Positions 26,290 through 39,749 of a stretch of DNA of 64,000 nucleotides are shown piece after piece. This DNA comes from Harriotta raleighana (taxonomy: Eukaryota), in NCBI GenBank assembly GCA_050575255.1, contig JBNZDD010013722.1, forward strand, positions 5,450,186 through 5,514,185, given 5' to 3'. The notes below the pieces were generated by a model, which saw nothing but the letters and a program-made list of their open reading frames with translations, was not told the origin of the DNA and made no database searches. The first letter of the stretch is position 1. Each line of letters starts with the position of its first letter. The translations under genes were made by a program, and so were the position numbers.

Positions 26290-26879
26290 TGCACTCTTCA
26301 ATATGTCAGAGCAACATGAATGCTAGATTTGGAGTTAGATGTACGTCTGCTCTAGTTAGAGAACAAGGAAATCCCAGTGGGATTTCTGCCGCAGCAGTTA
26401 AGCAACAAGATACAAGCGGATCACTGGTTACCATTCCTGGTTGAAAGAAGCATCAGCAGATACCGAACCGGAACTGTTTGAAAAAGGAGGTTAGACATTC
26501 AACAGGGCTGTTTCACAGACAGCAGTCTCTATTTATTGACATTTGAAAGTGGTCTAGGAGTATAGAGGAATCTTAACATAGATGTAATGTACATGATTGA
26601 CGAAATGGAACTGCAGTGTGCCACTGTGAACAAAGTCATATCAGTAGTATCTGCAGCGGTAACTGCTTACATAGGCCAGATACAAAATTAAGGCATCTAT
26701 TTATGCTCTCATTGCTGTTACAAAGGGCTGGTTTCAAAAGACAACAACTTTAACCTTGGAGAATTGTTAAAGATGGCTGTGACCCAATGATTCTGAAGCC
26801 TAACAGATAATCATTATCTATGCTCTCACAGATCAGTGGGCATCTTGAGGGGGCAGACACCCAACAGATGTCATCTTAG

Positions 26880-27435
26880 CTTAGTTTGTAAAAACAGTCG
26901 TGTCTGGATCAGAATGTTTTGGGGTTCAAACCCCACTGTACATCCAGTGAATACTGCAGGATTATGGCAAGGATAGTAGAAAGTGCTGCTTTGAATAAAT
27001 CCCATCTGCCTCTTCAGGTGGACATTAAAATATTCCATTATACTTTTCTTTTTAAAAAGAACAAAGTTACTCCAGGTGTTCAGGACAGTAGTCTTCCAGA
27101 TTAAATAGATTATTCACCTAATTGCTGTTGGTGGGGCCAATAATTACCTATGAACTACTTTGAGATATTTTGATGTGACAAGGCTCTATAAAATTGCAAC
27201 TTTTCTGTTTGCCAGTGGTATGTATGGAATAGCACAGGTGCAGCCATTTGGCACCGAAAGTTTGGAATTCTCTCCCTTCATCCCACCTTCCCCATTTTCA
27301 AATCTCGCCTGAAGACCTTCCTATTTTGACTGTGCTTATGGTCACCTCCCCTCTTCCTCTGGTTGGGCGTCAGGCTCTGCCACATTAAATGCTCCAAGAC
27401 GCTTTTATCCGTGTAAGTTATTATTGTTATTGCAG
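26880..27435 (+). mobile_element. Degenerate Deu-domain SINE followed by an L2 3' end
   Basis: cccatctgcctcttcaggtggacattaaaatattcca resembles the Deu core; ~27250-27435 is an L2 tail. Confidence 0.55.
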
Positions 27436-29901
27436 TTAGCTATGTAGCCAACTAGTGGCACTATATAATTAGGAGTTTAATAAGAAGTTATTTTGCACTA
27501 ACATCCCACGTGTAGCAAACCACATTACACAAGCAAACCACTAGTACCACATAACTCAATAATTTTTTTATTTTAATGCAACTTGTAGTCTATCATTCTT
27601 TAATTGTGCCTAAAATTAAAGGGTCATTGTACAAAAGCAAACTTAAGTTGTGTAGAACACAATATAAAATAAACAGATGTCAAATAATAGTCCAAAAACT
27701 GTAAATATGTAAAATGAAGATAATATCTAACAGCATAGCTCACAGAATAGCATTGAACAAGACCCTCTGGCACTCATCTTTGGCTCCAACTGTTCCGTCT
27801 GCTGCTGAGGCACATACAGCAGAAACCCGCTAAAATGCTACAATTGATCTCAAATTCAGGAAGACAACAAACCAGCTAACTTGTTGGATATCTTGTTGGG
27901 GTAGGTTCCAAGAAGTACTCAGTAACAGTTGAGAATGATGCCCTCCAATGTCACTGGTCAGTGCAAGCTTAACTGGTAAGATAACCCTTGCAGTTCTTTG
28001 TGAATGAAGTGACACAACATGGTCACTGGCTCCCTGGTAATCTTTAATTTCATGCACTTTTATAGTAGCTCTATTGCAGCCTTTGTACTAACTGTTTCAG
28101 GTAAAGTATCTCCCAAGGCTGCATTACTGAATTGTCATTTCTTCCTCCATTATAATACATTCCCCAAAATTTGGGGACAGAAAACTCCTTTGAACCATTC
28201 ACTCGTGCTGTGGCGATGGTCAAAATCTTCCCATTTAACTTCACTAACTTCAGATTTGACATAGAAGTTAAATAGTCACACTATACAAACGTATAGCGCT
28301 TTGGGAAGTTCTCCCGACATGAAAGGCACTATACAAGTCTAATTTTGTTGTTTTCAATGTGCTTTCCTGGTTATGTGATGCTTCAAAAGTTCCATCTGAA
28401 TTGGTTTTAGAAAATAACAGCCCTTTTCACAAAATTGAACTCTAGTTTGAGGATGTGAATAGTTAAAGAATCATGGTAAACAGGATTCAGCCTTTGTGTG
28501 ATCTCTCAATGATGTCTGTTTATGTCTACATCTTTGTTAATAATCCATGAAGAAAGAAATAATTCGGCCCCAAACTGAATATTGAACTTTCTTTTTATTT
28601 CTGAATATTTAAATTAATATAATCTCAAAGAAATGATCTGGTCTATTACTCCATTACAAATTCCTAAGGCAAAACATACTCAACCTAGATATTTTTAAAC
28701 TTATTATGGGAAGAAAATACATCTATTTATTTTTGTGATATTTGAGAAATCTTAACCTTATGTTCAGATCATTAGGAAATTATTTCCATCTTTATTTTAA
28801 TTCCATTGACAAAAAAAACTTCAAATAAAAAGTATCAATTTCTGTGAACAAATGGATATTAGATTGGGCAACTGCTGTGGGTGTATTGCTTTCTTGAAAT
28901 TTCTAGTTTTGCCAGCTATAAATCTTACATGATTAGGCTGGTTAATTGTAATTAAAAACACAATATAGAATTTCATATCCATAATTCTACAAGTGACAGG
29001 TTCCAAGTGTTGGTTTCAGTTTGATTTTTACAAGGAAAGTTAGCAAGGGCTAGGCAGATATTCCCACAATATAGAGAGAATAAACAGAGCAGATCATCAC
29101 AGGTAATTCACTCTAGGATGCTCCTGGCTGAGTCAGTCAGTCATCTTACAGTGATACTGTTAAAAGGACTGGGGTTAGGTTTCCCAGGAAAGAATACATT
29201 ATTGCACAATTAGATCTGATTTATTACTCCACAATATCTATCCCTTAAGATGTTACTTTTATAAAAATATATACATTCCCAGAAAACAGCAAGTGCGGCA
29301 AAAAGCATGTATGGCAAAAAGCAGTGAAAGACAGCAAGAAACAGATAGAACAACAAAGACACTGTGAAATTACTGCATTCAGTAGCTTGAATGACTAATG
29401 AAATATTAAGTTTTGACATGTAGAATTGTTTGAATTTTTTGCAGAGATTCTGCACATTTTAGAAAACTAGAATACAACAAAAATAAGTTAGAAAAATAAC
29501 AGTGCCTTAAGAGTTATTCAGAATTTAACACTTAAAATATAAAAGTAATTAAATGTCCATTGTCTCTGATATCAAAATGTGCTTCAATCCATATGAGGGT
29601 CAAATGCCCTACTTTCAGCCTTGGTAACCAATAATACTTTGGTGATATTTTGTCAAAGTTACTTTCTCCTCAACTCAATTTGCTGCAGACTTTAAATATC
29701 TGCTACTAAATAATAGTTTTGTTACAAAAAATGTGTGCATCATTATATATATTCTCAAATTCTTGGTCAAAACAAAGTCCAAATCTGAAATTTAGAATTG
29801 CTGTATTAAGGCTGATTGGTTAACAAAAACATCAGAGGCAAGTATCCCTTGTGTAGCTGTGAAACAGAAATTGTCCCTATTCTGTATAGGCTTTTCCATA
29901 C

Positions 29902-30143
29902 CTCAGAAGTTTATATTTGGACACAAAAGCCTTGGTACAGTCTTCGTGTGAACACTTGTAGGGTCTCTCTCCTGTGTGTGAATATGAATGCACTTTCAAC
30001 TTCTCAACACTAGTGAAGATCTTCCCACACAATTGACAAGGAAAGGATTTTCTGGATTTGTTTTCACTACGTTTACGTTTCCCCGCTAGAACCTTCTGAG
30101 TATCCTTTACTTCTAAAAGATCACCAGGGATGACAGTGGCCAT
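29902..30143 (-). CDS. PLAG1: PLAG1 first coding exon (242 coding bp; exon extends 5' to 30267)
   Basis: [25 protein letters not shown] (NLS), finger 1 and most of finger 2; donor AG|GTATGG at 29901; acceptor ttttcag before 30267; phase matches the last exon. Confidence 0.96.
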
Positions 30144-31596
30144 CGCAGTCTACGGTACGCCTAGTATCTGGGCACTTGGGTTGTGCCCAACTGTAATGAT
30201 AAATATGGACTTCAGTTTCTTCCTTTTTCTGATGTTTCATGTGTTCAACGGATTTGGCATTTAGAACCTGAAAACAATGAAAGTTGTTGACAAAGTTGTA
30301 TTATGTTAGATATGAAGATAAGGTACGATCAGAGTCATATCAGATAAGATATGGTGTGATTGAGCTCACCTTGAATAAAACTGAACTGTTTGCTGCAGCT
30401 CTTGCTCCAACATCAACATTTGTAATTTTTGCAATCAACATCCCTATTAACAGACTGTGTGTATTAGCTCACCCCCATATTCCCAGATTATCAAGATTTT
30501 TACTGAAACATTTTTTATTGACTCATAAACAAAATGGGTTTAAAATGCCATTTTGAAAGAAATTATCTAATTGAATCTTTCCATACAATACACAGTTAAT
30601 CAAAAAACAATACAAAATGTTCACATAGAAATCCTTATGAAATAGGTTTGATCAAGAAGGTGCATGAATTCCTCAAAATAAAATACAAATTATGCTGTAA
30701 AGTGAAAATAATGACTGCAGTAAAATTCAGTATGTTGTTTTGTCTATTCAGGTGCTGAATAAGTTTATTCCATTAATAGGTATTTGTCGGCAAGTGTACT
30801 TAAAATCAGATTTTCACCAAAGTGCATATTGACAGCTTCTTTATAAGTCATGAATGAATTAAGAACTCATATTTATATAGCTCTTTATGGACAGGCTTGG
30901 ACACTGGGCAAGGGAGTAGGCCAAAGACATGTTCAAAGAGGCAGCATTTGAGCCAGGACTTAAACAGAAAGAGAGATGGGTAGCAAGATGGAGAGGGAGT
31001 ATCAGGGTTAGGGGGGATTAGATACAATAAAACACCCCAGTGAGATCCCCATTTGCTGAAATGTTTTTGTCTGATTATTCAGCCTACCTACTAAAACATT
31101 TTTCCTGATTCTACGCATACCATATTCCACAATTCCAGTAACATTTGTTTGTCCTCTTTGTCCCTCAGATTTTGCAGCTAGCACGCGAGGTAAATGTTCC
31201 TTAAATTTAGTTGCATCTTCGTAATAGAACAAGGAAGGAAATATTTTAGTAGGTATACTGTTTTCATGTTTAAGTCAGGAACAAAATGAATCAAATAGCA
31301 TTGGAAATTACTGTATAAATAAAAAAGTTACACACCAAAATCAATGTTAATATTATTTTGATATTATATATTTTTTGAATTGCTCAACAATATTTTCTAG
31401 CAATGACTAGTGCCTGAATAAAAATGTATTTTCCTCACCCTGGGAATCGTTCACGCCCATTTCATACAACTTGGGAGATTTTTATTAAAAAAGGAACAGA
31501 TACTGTAGTTGTATTTACAAACTGAAATTATTTATAGTGTACAGAATCTGTATGCAGAAAATTAGCTAGTACATAAACTTCAGGCTACAGGAATAC

Positions 31597-31730
31597 CTTC
31601 TTCGATTTCACTTTTCTGGTGGAAAACCAACGGACTCCACTTCTAATTTCAGATCAGCGGACTCTCTCAACCAGTCTCACTAATTCTTCCTGTGGGTGAC
31701 CAGAATGTACCATGTCCCATATTTGATGTT
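31597..31730 (-). other. PLAG1: Putative PLAG1 non-coding 5'UTR exon containing a 17-codon uORF
   Basis: Acceptor tttttcttag and donor AAG|GTATTC; sequence resembles the human PLAG1 5'UTR exon as recalled (GAAGA.T.A.TG.GACTGG.T.AGA; TTTTCCA.CAG). Confidence 0.65.
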
Positions 31731-33294
31731 CTAAGAAAAAAGCAGAATGTGAATTCGGAGTATTCAGTAAAGACTTGTAACCACAATTATGGAACTTAAT
31801 TTACTAAACAACGTTTGCAATTAACATTTTAGTTTACTCCTGAATTAAAAGGAAATTCGCCAGAAGAGATAAGGATCTTTGTGTTGTGAGTATATTTAAA
31901 TATTAGTAGGAAAACAAACTGCTACCAACCAAGCTTAGAACAAAATAAGTCAAGAAGGAAAATCTTCCTAACAGTAACCAGACAACTGAACAAAGAATCA
32001 AACACCTGTATCAGGAGAGAAGAAAATCACACAATATTAAATTACACAAGAGTGCAGAATATTTAGTCAATTTAGCCAATAAAGACCAAACATTAGATCA
32101 GAAGAAATCTACCCTCTTAATTAAAAAAGTTTTAATTGTATATGTTTTTTTTAAAAATTCAAATTTAGTTTAAATAAATTATTTTGCAGCTTCTCCCAGT
32201 AGTAATTGGTAAACCTGTGAAACTAGGCTACATGGACCCAGAAGGTTTCAAATTCTATGTCTGTCTAGTTAATGGTAAATGGAAACCAGGTAGCATTTCC
32301 ATTCCTGGTCATTATCTATCCAGTGCATGCAGGAAAGTGCTTGTGTGGACTTTAGGAAAGCTGTGTCATATTGTTCTGCTATCTTGGTACATCTAAAAGT
32401 ATTGGTCTGGGTTTAATTTCTCAATTTGATTTTTTTTTCTTCTTAATTGAAATCAGATTATTTTCTATCCAAGAAAGGCATTGGTAAATTAGTCTCATGG
32501 TAAATATTAAAATAAATTGTGTTGATGTTATATTGGGGACCAAATTATGCTATTTCTTGACAGAATTCCGTAATAAGGAATCTGAATTGTATAAGGTAGG
32601 TATACTTGTTAACTGGAATATGATGTCATATTAATCTGCGAAAAGTACAACTCAATCTACAGTACTTACATTCCTTATTTAGGAACCTTGTTAATCAATG
32701 TAAATCTATTTTGGGGCCCACTTTTTCATGCAGTGGGCCCCAACTCTTGGTTTACCACTCTATATATATATTTTTTACACAACTTTACTGTACTAAGCAT
32801 AGGGGCGTTCATTCGATTCCATTAACATTTATTTTCAAGGTCCATTTAATTTAATGCAATAAAGTCCAAGCATGATTAAAGGAAAATTTAATGAGTCATA
32901 AAAAATGCTGGCTATACAGTATTTTAAAGTTCTTTAAAATAAATTTATTTCAATTGGATCTGACAATGTTGTAAAATTATATTGAATATATTTCTACACT
33001 TCTATATTTCTACATTTTCTCTGTTCTTTGTGAAAAGAGTCCCACTATGGATTACCACTACAGAATGGTAGGAGTATACAACTTAATTGATGCCTACTTT
33101 CTGTTCGTGAAACGCGCTCTATAAATGCAATTTTGTTGTTGTTGTTGTTGTTCTGCAGCTACAGAAGCCACAATATTGACACTGATTTTATAAGTAGTGG
33201 TTAATCTTCATAGGAATCAAATTTAGTGATAGTGAGCTATTAAATGACACATATTGAACATTTGTTGTAGTAATTTATAAAATAATACATCAGT

Positions 33295-33976
33295 AGCAGG
33301 GCAGATAGATAAGGCAGTAAAAAAGGCATTTAGTGTATTGAGCTTTATTAGTAGGGGCATAGAGTTTAACAGTAGGGAAGTTATTCTTAATTTATACAAA
33401 ACAATGGTAAGGGCTCAGCTGGAGTACTGCGTCCAGTTCTGGGCACCTTACTTCAGGAAGGACATTAAGGCACTGGAAAGGGTGCAGAGGCGATTCACAA
33501 GAATGATTCCAGGAATGGGGAACCTTAGCTATGAGGACAGGCTGGAGAAGTTAGGACTTTTCCCATTAGAGCAGAGAAGATTACGCGGGGACCTAATAGA
33601 GGTCTTCAAGATCATGAAAGATTTTGACAGGCTAGATAGAGAAAAGTTGTTTCCGCTGGTAGGTGTGTCTGTGACCCGAGGTCACAGTCTTAAGATATCT
33701 ACCAAAAGAAGCAGAGGGGAGGTTAGAAGAATTTTTTTCACTCAGAGAGTTGTTCGAATTTGGAATGATCTGCCTGAAAGGGTAGTGAGGTCCGATTCGA
33801 TAGCAGCTTTTAAGAGAGAACTGGATAGGTATCTGGGGAAGACGGGTTTGCAGGGTTATGGGGAGAAAGCTAGTGATTGGGGTTAATAAAAGTGACATTG
33901 CTCTGTCAAAGAGCCGACACAGACTCGATGGGCCGAATGGCCTCCTTCTGTGGCGTAACCTTCTATGATTCTATGA
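33295..33976 (+). mobile_element. 5'-truncated CR1 LINE 3' end with uninterrupted ORF2 C-terminus
   Basis: ORF 33338-33886 (LYKTMVRAQLEYCVQFWAP..RRLRGDLIEVFKI..FFTQRVVRIWN), CR1 3'UTR gatgggccgaatggcctcct and (ttctatga)n tail. Confidence 0.92.
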
Positions 33977-34384
33977 TATAGTCAGTAATAAATCCACACT
34001 GCACATGCTGATTTATGCCAATATATAGGTTGTCATACATAGAAATTTTAAAATGATACTAATAGAGGTAAATTGTAAAATTCAACACAATGTCCTTAAA
34101 AATATGATTAGAACAAAATGAAAACATTTCCAATGAGTAAAAAATATACCATAGTACACACACCATCACCAGAATCAGACAAAGAAAAATGACTAATTAC
34201 TGAATTGTGAAAACATTTACATCTTTATTTTGTGTTCATCTACAATACCACAGTTGCACCACTTTACAGTACCATATAGGCTAGAAAGTGGTCTGGGATG
34301 TCCTCTCGATGTTAAATGAAATATAAGAATTATTAATTATTCTTATCTAAAAATTCTAAAGAGACCATTGGTGGCAATGACACT

Positions 34385-34565
34385 GGGAAAATTCCCTTCT
34401 CTTTTCAAATAGTGCCATGAGATCTTAAATATCCTCTTGAAGAAGCAGTAAGATCTCTGGTTAATGCCTCATCTGAAAGATAATGTTACTAGCAATGCAG
34501 CACTGCATTGAAGAGTCAACTTGGACTACAAGATCAAATCCCCAACATGAGATTGAACCCATAAC
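34385..34565 (-). mobile_element. Degenerate Deu-domain SINE
   Basis: aatagtgccatgagatct..ggttaatgcctcatctgaaaga..aatgcagcact; related copies at ~52255-52420, ~55930-56090, ~59210-59340 and ~62590-62700. Confidence 0.6.
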
Positions 34566-34871
34566 CTTTTAAATTGTAGAGATACCATATTATGGCTTGA
34601 ATGTTAAAAAGCTTGGGCAGATAAAACATTTTTAAAAAATCTATCCAGTCAAATCTTTTTTTTAAATCAAATGAATAGGTTTCATAGAACATTAGCCTTG
34701 CATCAGTTTTATAATGTCAGTGTTTATGATAAAAAATATTGACCAAATTAAGACAAGTCAAATGGTAAACTTTATTGCTTGATAACATTTGTATCAGTCC
34801 ATCAGAGAGCCCCAAACTTGCCAGCTGACATTCAAACACAACTTGTAACTTGAACAAATACTCTAGGAGGA

Positions 34872-35160
34872 GTCCTGTAGCTCAGTGGTTGGAGCACTTG
34901 CCTCACAAGCAAGAGACCTGGTTTTGATTCTCAGCAGGGCAAAATCTTGGGCAAGTTTCCTATTCCACATACCTAATAATAGTTTCTCAAAAAAAAATTT
35001 GGGGTTACTTAATCCACTACTGATTGTGGGACACTGCTGTGTGCAATTGGCTGCCACATTTCGCCCACAAGTACACTTGACAGTATATTCTGTGAAGTGC
35101 TTTGAGATGTCTAGAAGATGTGTAAAGCACTGTATCAAATGCAGGGATTATTATTATTAC
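34872..35160 (+). mobile_element. tRNA-SINE, full length
   Basis: gtcctgtagctcagtggtt head through ggattattattatta tail. Confidence 0.87.
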
Positions 35161-35572
35161 TGTAAATTTCTCTGTGTTTATTTAAAAAAAGTCTGAAGGC
35201 TTTGAAATGAACAAATTAAAAGTACCATGGAATATCAAGGACAAACACCAGTCTATTGCTTAGACTGTTTTTAGTCCATTTTGATTTCAGGAATCTGCTA
35301 GAATCATGTCCACTGATAAAACACTATATAGATTAGCCAACCTTATGGTCAGCAGTCTTCACACTTCATATTATGTACCCTGGAATTACATGATAATGTG
35401 GCTAATTAAGATGAAAAACAAAATGACATCTAAAAAACCATAACCATTCCACTTTACAGACTATCCCCCAGTGGTCTACCCACTAATCCAAGCAGTAATC
35501 AATAAGGTTCAGTGTCCTGCCATTCACTCAGGTCCCATGATGAAATCAAAAATTGCAATACTAATAGTAATA

Positions 35573-35955
35573 CAGAAAAAGCTTGTTTATCCAGCCAACT
35601 GGAATGCTCAACCAACCGGTATCTCCCAATACAATTCACCATTCCAGCAAATGGATCTCATACTGGAGCCATCTGGGACACTCGCGAGTATGCTCACTTT
35701 GCGCATGCTTGCAATGCGTGTGCATACGCACTTATTAAACTTAGCGAACACTGGAATTTTTATTTTACCGATGATTTTACAGAGTGCATCCATACAACAT
35801 GCTGTTATTATTTAGTCTATTATTAATATGGTATGTTTTAAAATAAGTTATTTTTTGTGTAGGATTTTCAGGAACTTGCCGCTCGAACATCCGGCATATA
35901 TGATTAAACGGCAGCGGTCAGGTCCCGAGGGTGCTGGATAACGAAGCTTTTACTG
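35573..35955. mobile_element. Non-autonomous Tc1/mariner (Tigger/pogo-like) MITE
   Basis: Imperfect TIRs CAGAAAAAGCTTGTTTATCCAGC / GCTGGATAACGAAGCTTTTACTG flanked by TA on both sides; shares internal sequence with 54899-55501. Confidence 0.8.
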
Positions 35956-37564
35956 TAAATCCTCTCAATCTTACAGATTCAGGCAGTAAATACATCTGAA
36001 AAAAATAGCCACTTTTATACAGAAATCAGGACTACATCTAGGAACATTATGGAATTGTAGGATTGTATGATCAATAACTTAAAACCACTAAACACTAATA
36101 TTAAATGCACTAGCTCTGAAATTGCTTACAAGAGGCCCCTTTGAAATTAAAGAGATGTACTGCACATCAGTCAAAGTCTCCTCAATTTAAGTATTGATAG
36201 CAATAATATATTGTGTGAGAAAGCTCTAATTAAACCCACAGATCAACGTAAAACTATTAGTTTACATTAGGGTAGTGATTTTAGTGGAAGGTGGTTTCAT
36301 GTAGAGAAGGATGCCAAGAGTGATGAAGGCTTCAAATGATAAAGATGCAGCATGCAGCTGAAGATGGGCCAGCTGAGCAGGTCTCAACTCTCTGGATCAT
36401 TTGAGAAAGCAAATTCAACAAAGTACTTTAAAATCATCTGTACCTTCATCATATTTCTTGTATAAATTCCTGTATATCAACTGATTTAGGGGCAATGGGG
36501 GGAAGAGAGAGAACACTGAGTAGAATATCCAAATTGGGATATATAACTTTATTGGATGTCCACTATGTTTGTGTTTGAAAGAGATGTATATTGAAGAGAA
36601 ACTAGAGATGCACTGAATTTCATCCATAAAGCAGGTCACACTGGATCCTGTGACTGTTTAGGACATATTTGAATAATTGTAGGTGTGTTCACACAGTACA
36701 AAACTGTTCCAATTCAGCAATGGATTGTCAATTTTCCCCGGAAAGGCTATAGGATAGCTGGAGTGGGAATTAGAAACATCACATTTGTGTGTTTGGAAAT
36801 GTTTTTCTGAGTTTAGGGAAGAAGGAGCTTTGTTAATCTAATCAAGCTTTACCTGGCAAGAATGCTCAATATTGACACTGCCAAAAATTGAAAAACATCT
36901 GTCCACAGCATCTTTTTCGTGAAGATAATTTAATAAGAAATTTTTATTTTGAAGCCTTCAAATAATTAACTTGAACAAAAATTGGATTGAAAAATCTTTC
37001 GTCAATTCCGGGCCAACTTTGGATACAGTCAGCAAAAGGTAGGGATATGTTCAAGAAATCAGACAGTACAACTGGGTGAGCAATCATTAGCAATATATTA
37101 AGTCTTATTATCTGGTTCTGAAAATCTATTAAAGGGACTTAAGGCCTTTAAGCTCAAAAGCTCCTAACGGTTATAAATTGGGGTCAACAACCAATACTAC
37201 TCACAATATTCCATTGATGGGATTTGCAACATTTACCATCTGAGTTCTCAAGCATCAAGTTAGTCATTTGCCAATAAAACCTCTAGAGAATTTAAGAATC
37301 ACATCCTCACGAAATAAAATCAAGCTGCTGCTATTTGTAATACCCATTTACAGTTGGATACAGTAATAGTGTATGACACACTTAGGGATCAGGATTCAGG
37401 CTGGTAAGAATATTATAATTCCTTCATGTTGGATCAAAGCCAAAATGATACACCTGCTGAAAGGATCATAGCATGCCCTTCACTTCTCAGAATAAAAAAA
37501 CCTGCTACACAAATTGTATTTGCAATTTTGTTTACCACAAACATATTATTTTATGCATGTTTCA

Positions 37565-38222
37565 GGTACATGACCCTTTGTCAGAACGTCAAAACGTTGA
37601 CTCACTTTTCTTTTTCCATAGATGCTGCCTGACCTGCCAAGTGTTCCCAGTGACATCTGCATTTGTTTCAAACGTCCAGCATTTGCAATATTTTGTTTTA
37701 TTATTTTATGCAACTGCTAATGGAACTGTGTCCTTTTAGACTTTGATGTATATAAATAATAATAATGATCCTTGCTTTAGCATGCCATTGAAACGTTTCA
37801 AAGTGCTCAACAGTGTATACTGTAAAATGGATTCACTATATATTTTGTGGGCATACAGTAGTGTCCCACAAACAGTTGTGGATTAAGTGACCAATTTATA
37901 CTTTTATTTTCTTTATTAATTTGAAGAAATTCTTACACACAGAAAGAGATCTGACGATTGATTAATAACCGAATTCCTACTTACTGCTAAGNAACAGTGT
38001 ATACTGTAAAATGGATTCACTATATATTTTGTGGGCATATAGTGTCCCACAAACAGTTGTGGATTAAGTGACCAATTTATACTTTTCTTTTCTTTATTAA
38101 TTTGAAGAAATTCTTACACACAGAAAGAGATCTGACGATTGATTAATAACCGAATTCCTACTTACTGCTAAGTAAACAGAGGGGTGTGGAGTAAGAAAAC
38201 TTGCCTAAGGTTTCACCCTGCC
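37565..38222. mobile_element. Penelope-like terminal fragment (~37565-37705) and tRNA-SINE (-) containing an assembly duplication
   Basis: gatgctgcctgacctgc motif; the SINE body is repeated either side of the N at 37992. Confidence 0.7.
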
Positions 38223-39749
38223 CAAATGTATTAAATAGAACACATACATAATCACATAGTTATAAGATGAATGACAAGTGGCTCCGGCATCTTTAAATTA
38301 AATCATACTAATAACTAGCTTCCTCAGGCTAATAACTGCCAAATCAAGAGTTGAACACAAATTCTATTGGCAAACATTTGAGCCAAATGTTGTAACAGAT
38401 CTCAGACAAATAGATTTAAATGGCCCTGTCGCAGGATTTTAACTATACTTGTGATAGGCTGGATAAGTCACTTTGAAACAGAGCCAGCTAATCAGTGTGC
38501 ATAAGAGGATCCAGTTGTAAAGAACATTGTAAAGTGGGATGTTGCACTACTATTGTGTGAATCTTTCATAACATTTTCTTCAACAAAACACTTCCTTCCT
38601 GAAAATATAAATGCAAAAAGTAACAGAACAGAAGGATTTTTATATCTCAAAATTATTTTAAAGAAGCTACATTTCTGCATTAATATATTTAAAGTTTGCA
38701 TGTCTGATTTGCTTAATTTCATTTTAATAATTCACTGTCAGTTCAGTATCTTTGATGGATTCAATTGGGCAAAATAATATTCAATAGCATGTTGACCATT
38801 AATTGCCCTTTTTGGGCTCAATATACTGAAAGAGACAAAATATCACAGTGCAATTCGTTTGTCTCACTTTAAGCAATGTATTTTAATTTTGTATCAGGCA
38901 AGAATTGCAATGCAATGTTCTGAATATCAAGAAGCAATCAAAGATGACTTTATAAAATTATCAAAATATGTCTGTAAATCATATGTAAAAATAAATATAA
39001 AAAGGTCATCCAAGGAAAACTATTTTATGATTTAATTTAATGGATAATGTGCTGATATAAAAGAGTTCATTTTGCTACCCATTATACAATTGTATTATAT
39101 ATGATCTTATTTACTGAAAGCAACATTTCTGAAAAAAAACATGAATTCAAATTATGAATAAAGTGTGTGATGGTCAGAGCTTAGGTTGCATAATTAATAT
39201 CAAATGCTACAAGTATTCCTTGAAATGAAAAGCCAAGGAAGGTCTACATAATAGTGAACTATTTGATTGAAATTGGTCAATCTTTCTTGAAAAAGTAATA
39301 AATTCTATATTCATAAGCAATTTAAATGGAAGAAATGCATATTTTAAATTTCAATTCATATATTCCAATTTAGAATATTTAGTTTCCAACACTGTACATT
39401 TCCAATTTAAGAAACAATAAGGAATAAAGACCATCTTATCTGCAAATTTTAAGACTAAAGTTAATTACGATATTTAAATTAAACAAGCTGTAAAATGAGA
39501 ATTAACATAGCATTTAGCAGTAGTAGCAAAAATGCATCAAATCTCTCTTTTTCCCCAAATACATTTCTACGTATCCTATAAAGAAAATTCCAAGTGGGTA
39601 AAGAGTTGAGGGAAAAGGACACAGAAGATCTAGTCTCTTTGTTTTTTTAAATTATTATACGTTTTAAATATTTACTCTTTTGGATGATACCCATGTGCTG
39701 CACATATATTACCATTATATCCTTATATTAGACACCACTTTTCTTTATA

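Noticed and set aside
29877-29901. PLAG1 ORF continuing as YGKAYTE*
   Set aside because: Read-through past the AG|GTATGG donor; splicing restores the zinc finger.
37808-38172. ~180-bp tandem duplication in a SINE
   Set aside because: Joined by a single N at 37992 with few differences; likely both haplotypes concatenated.
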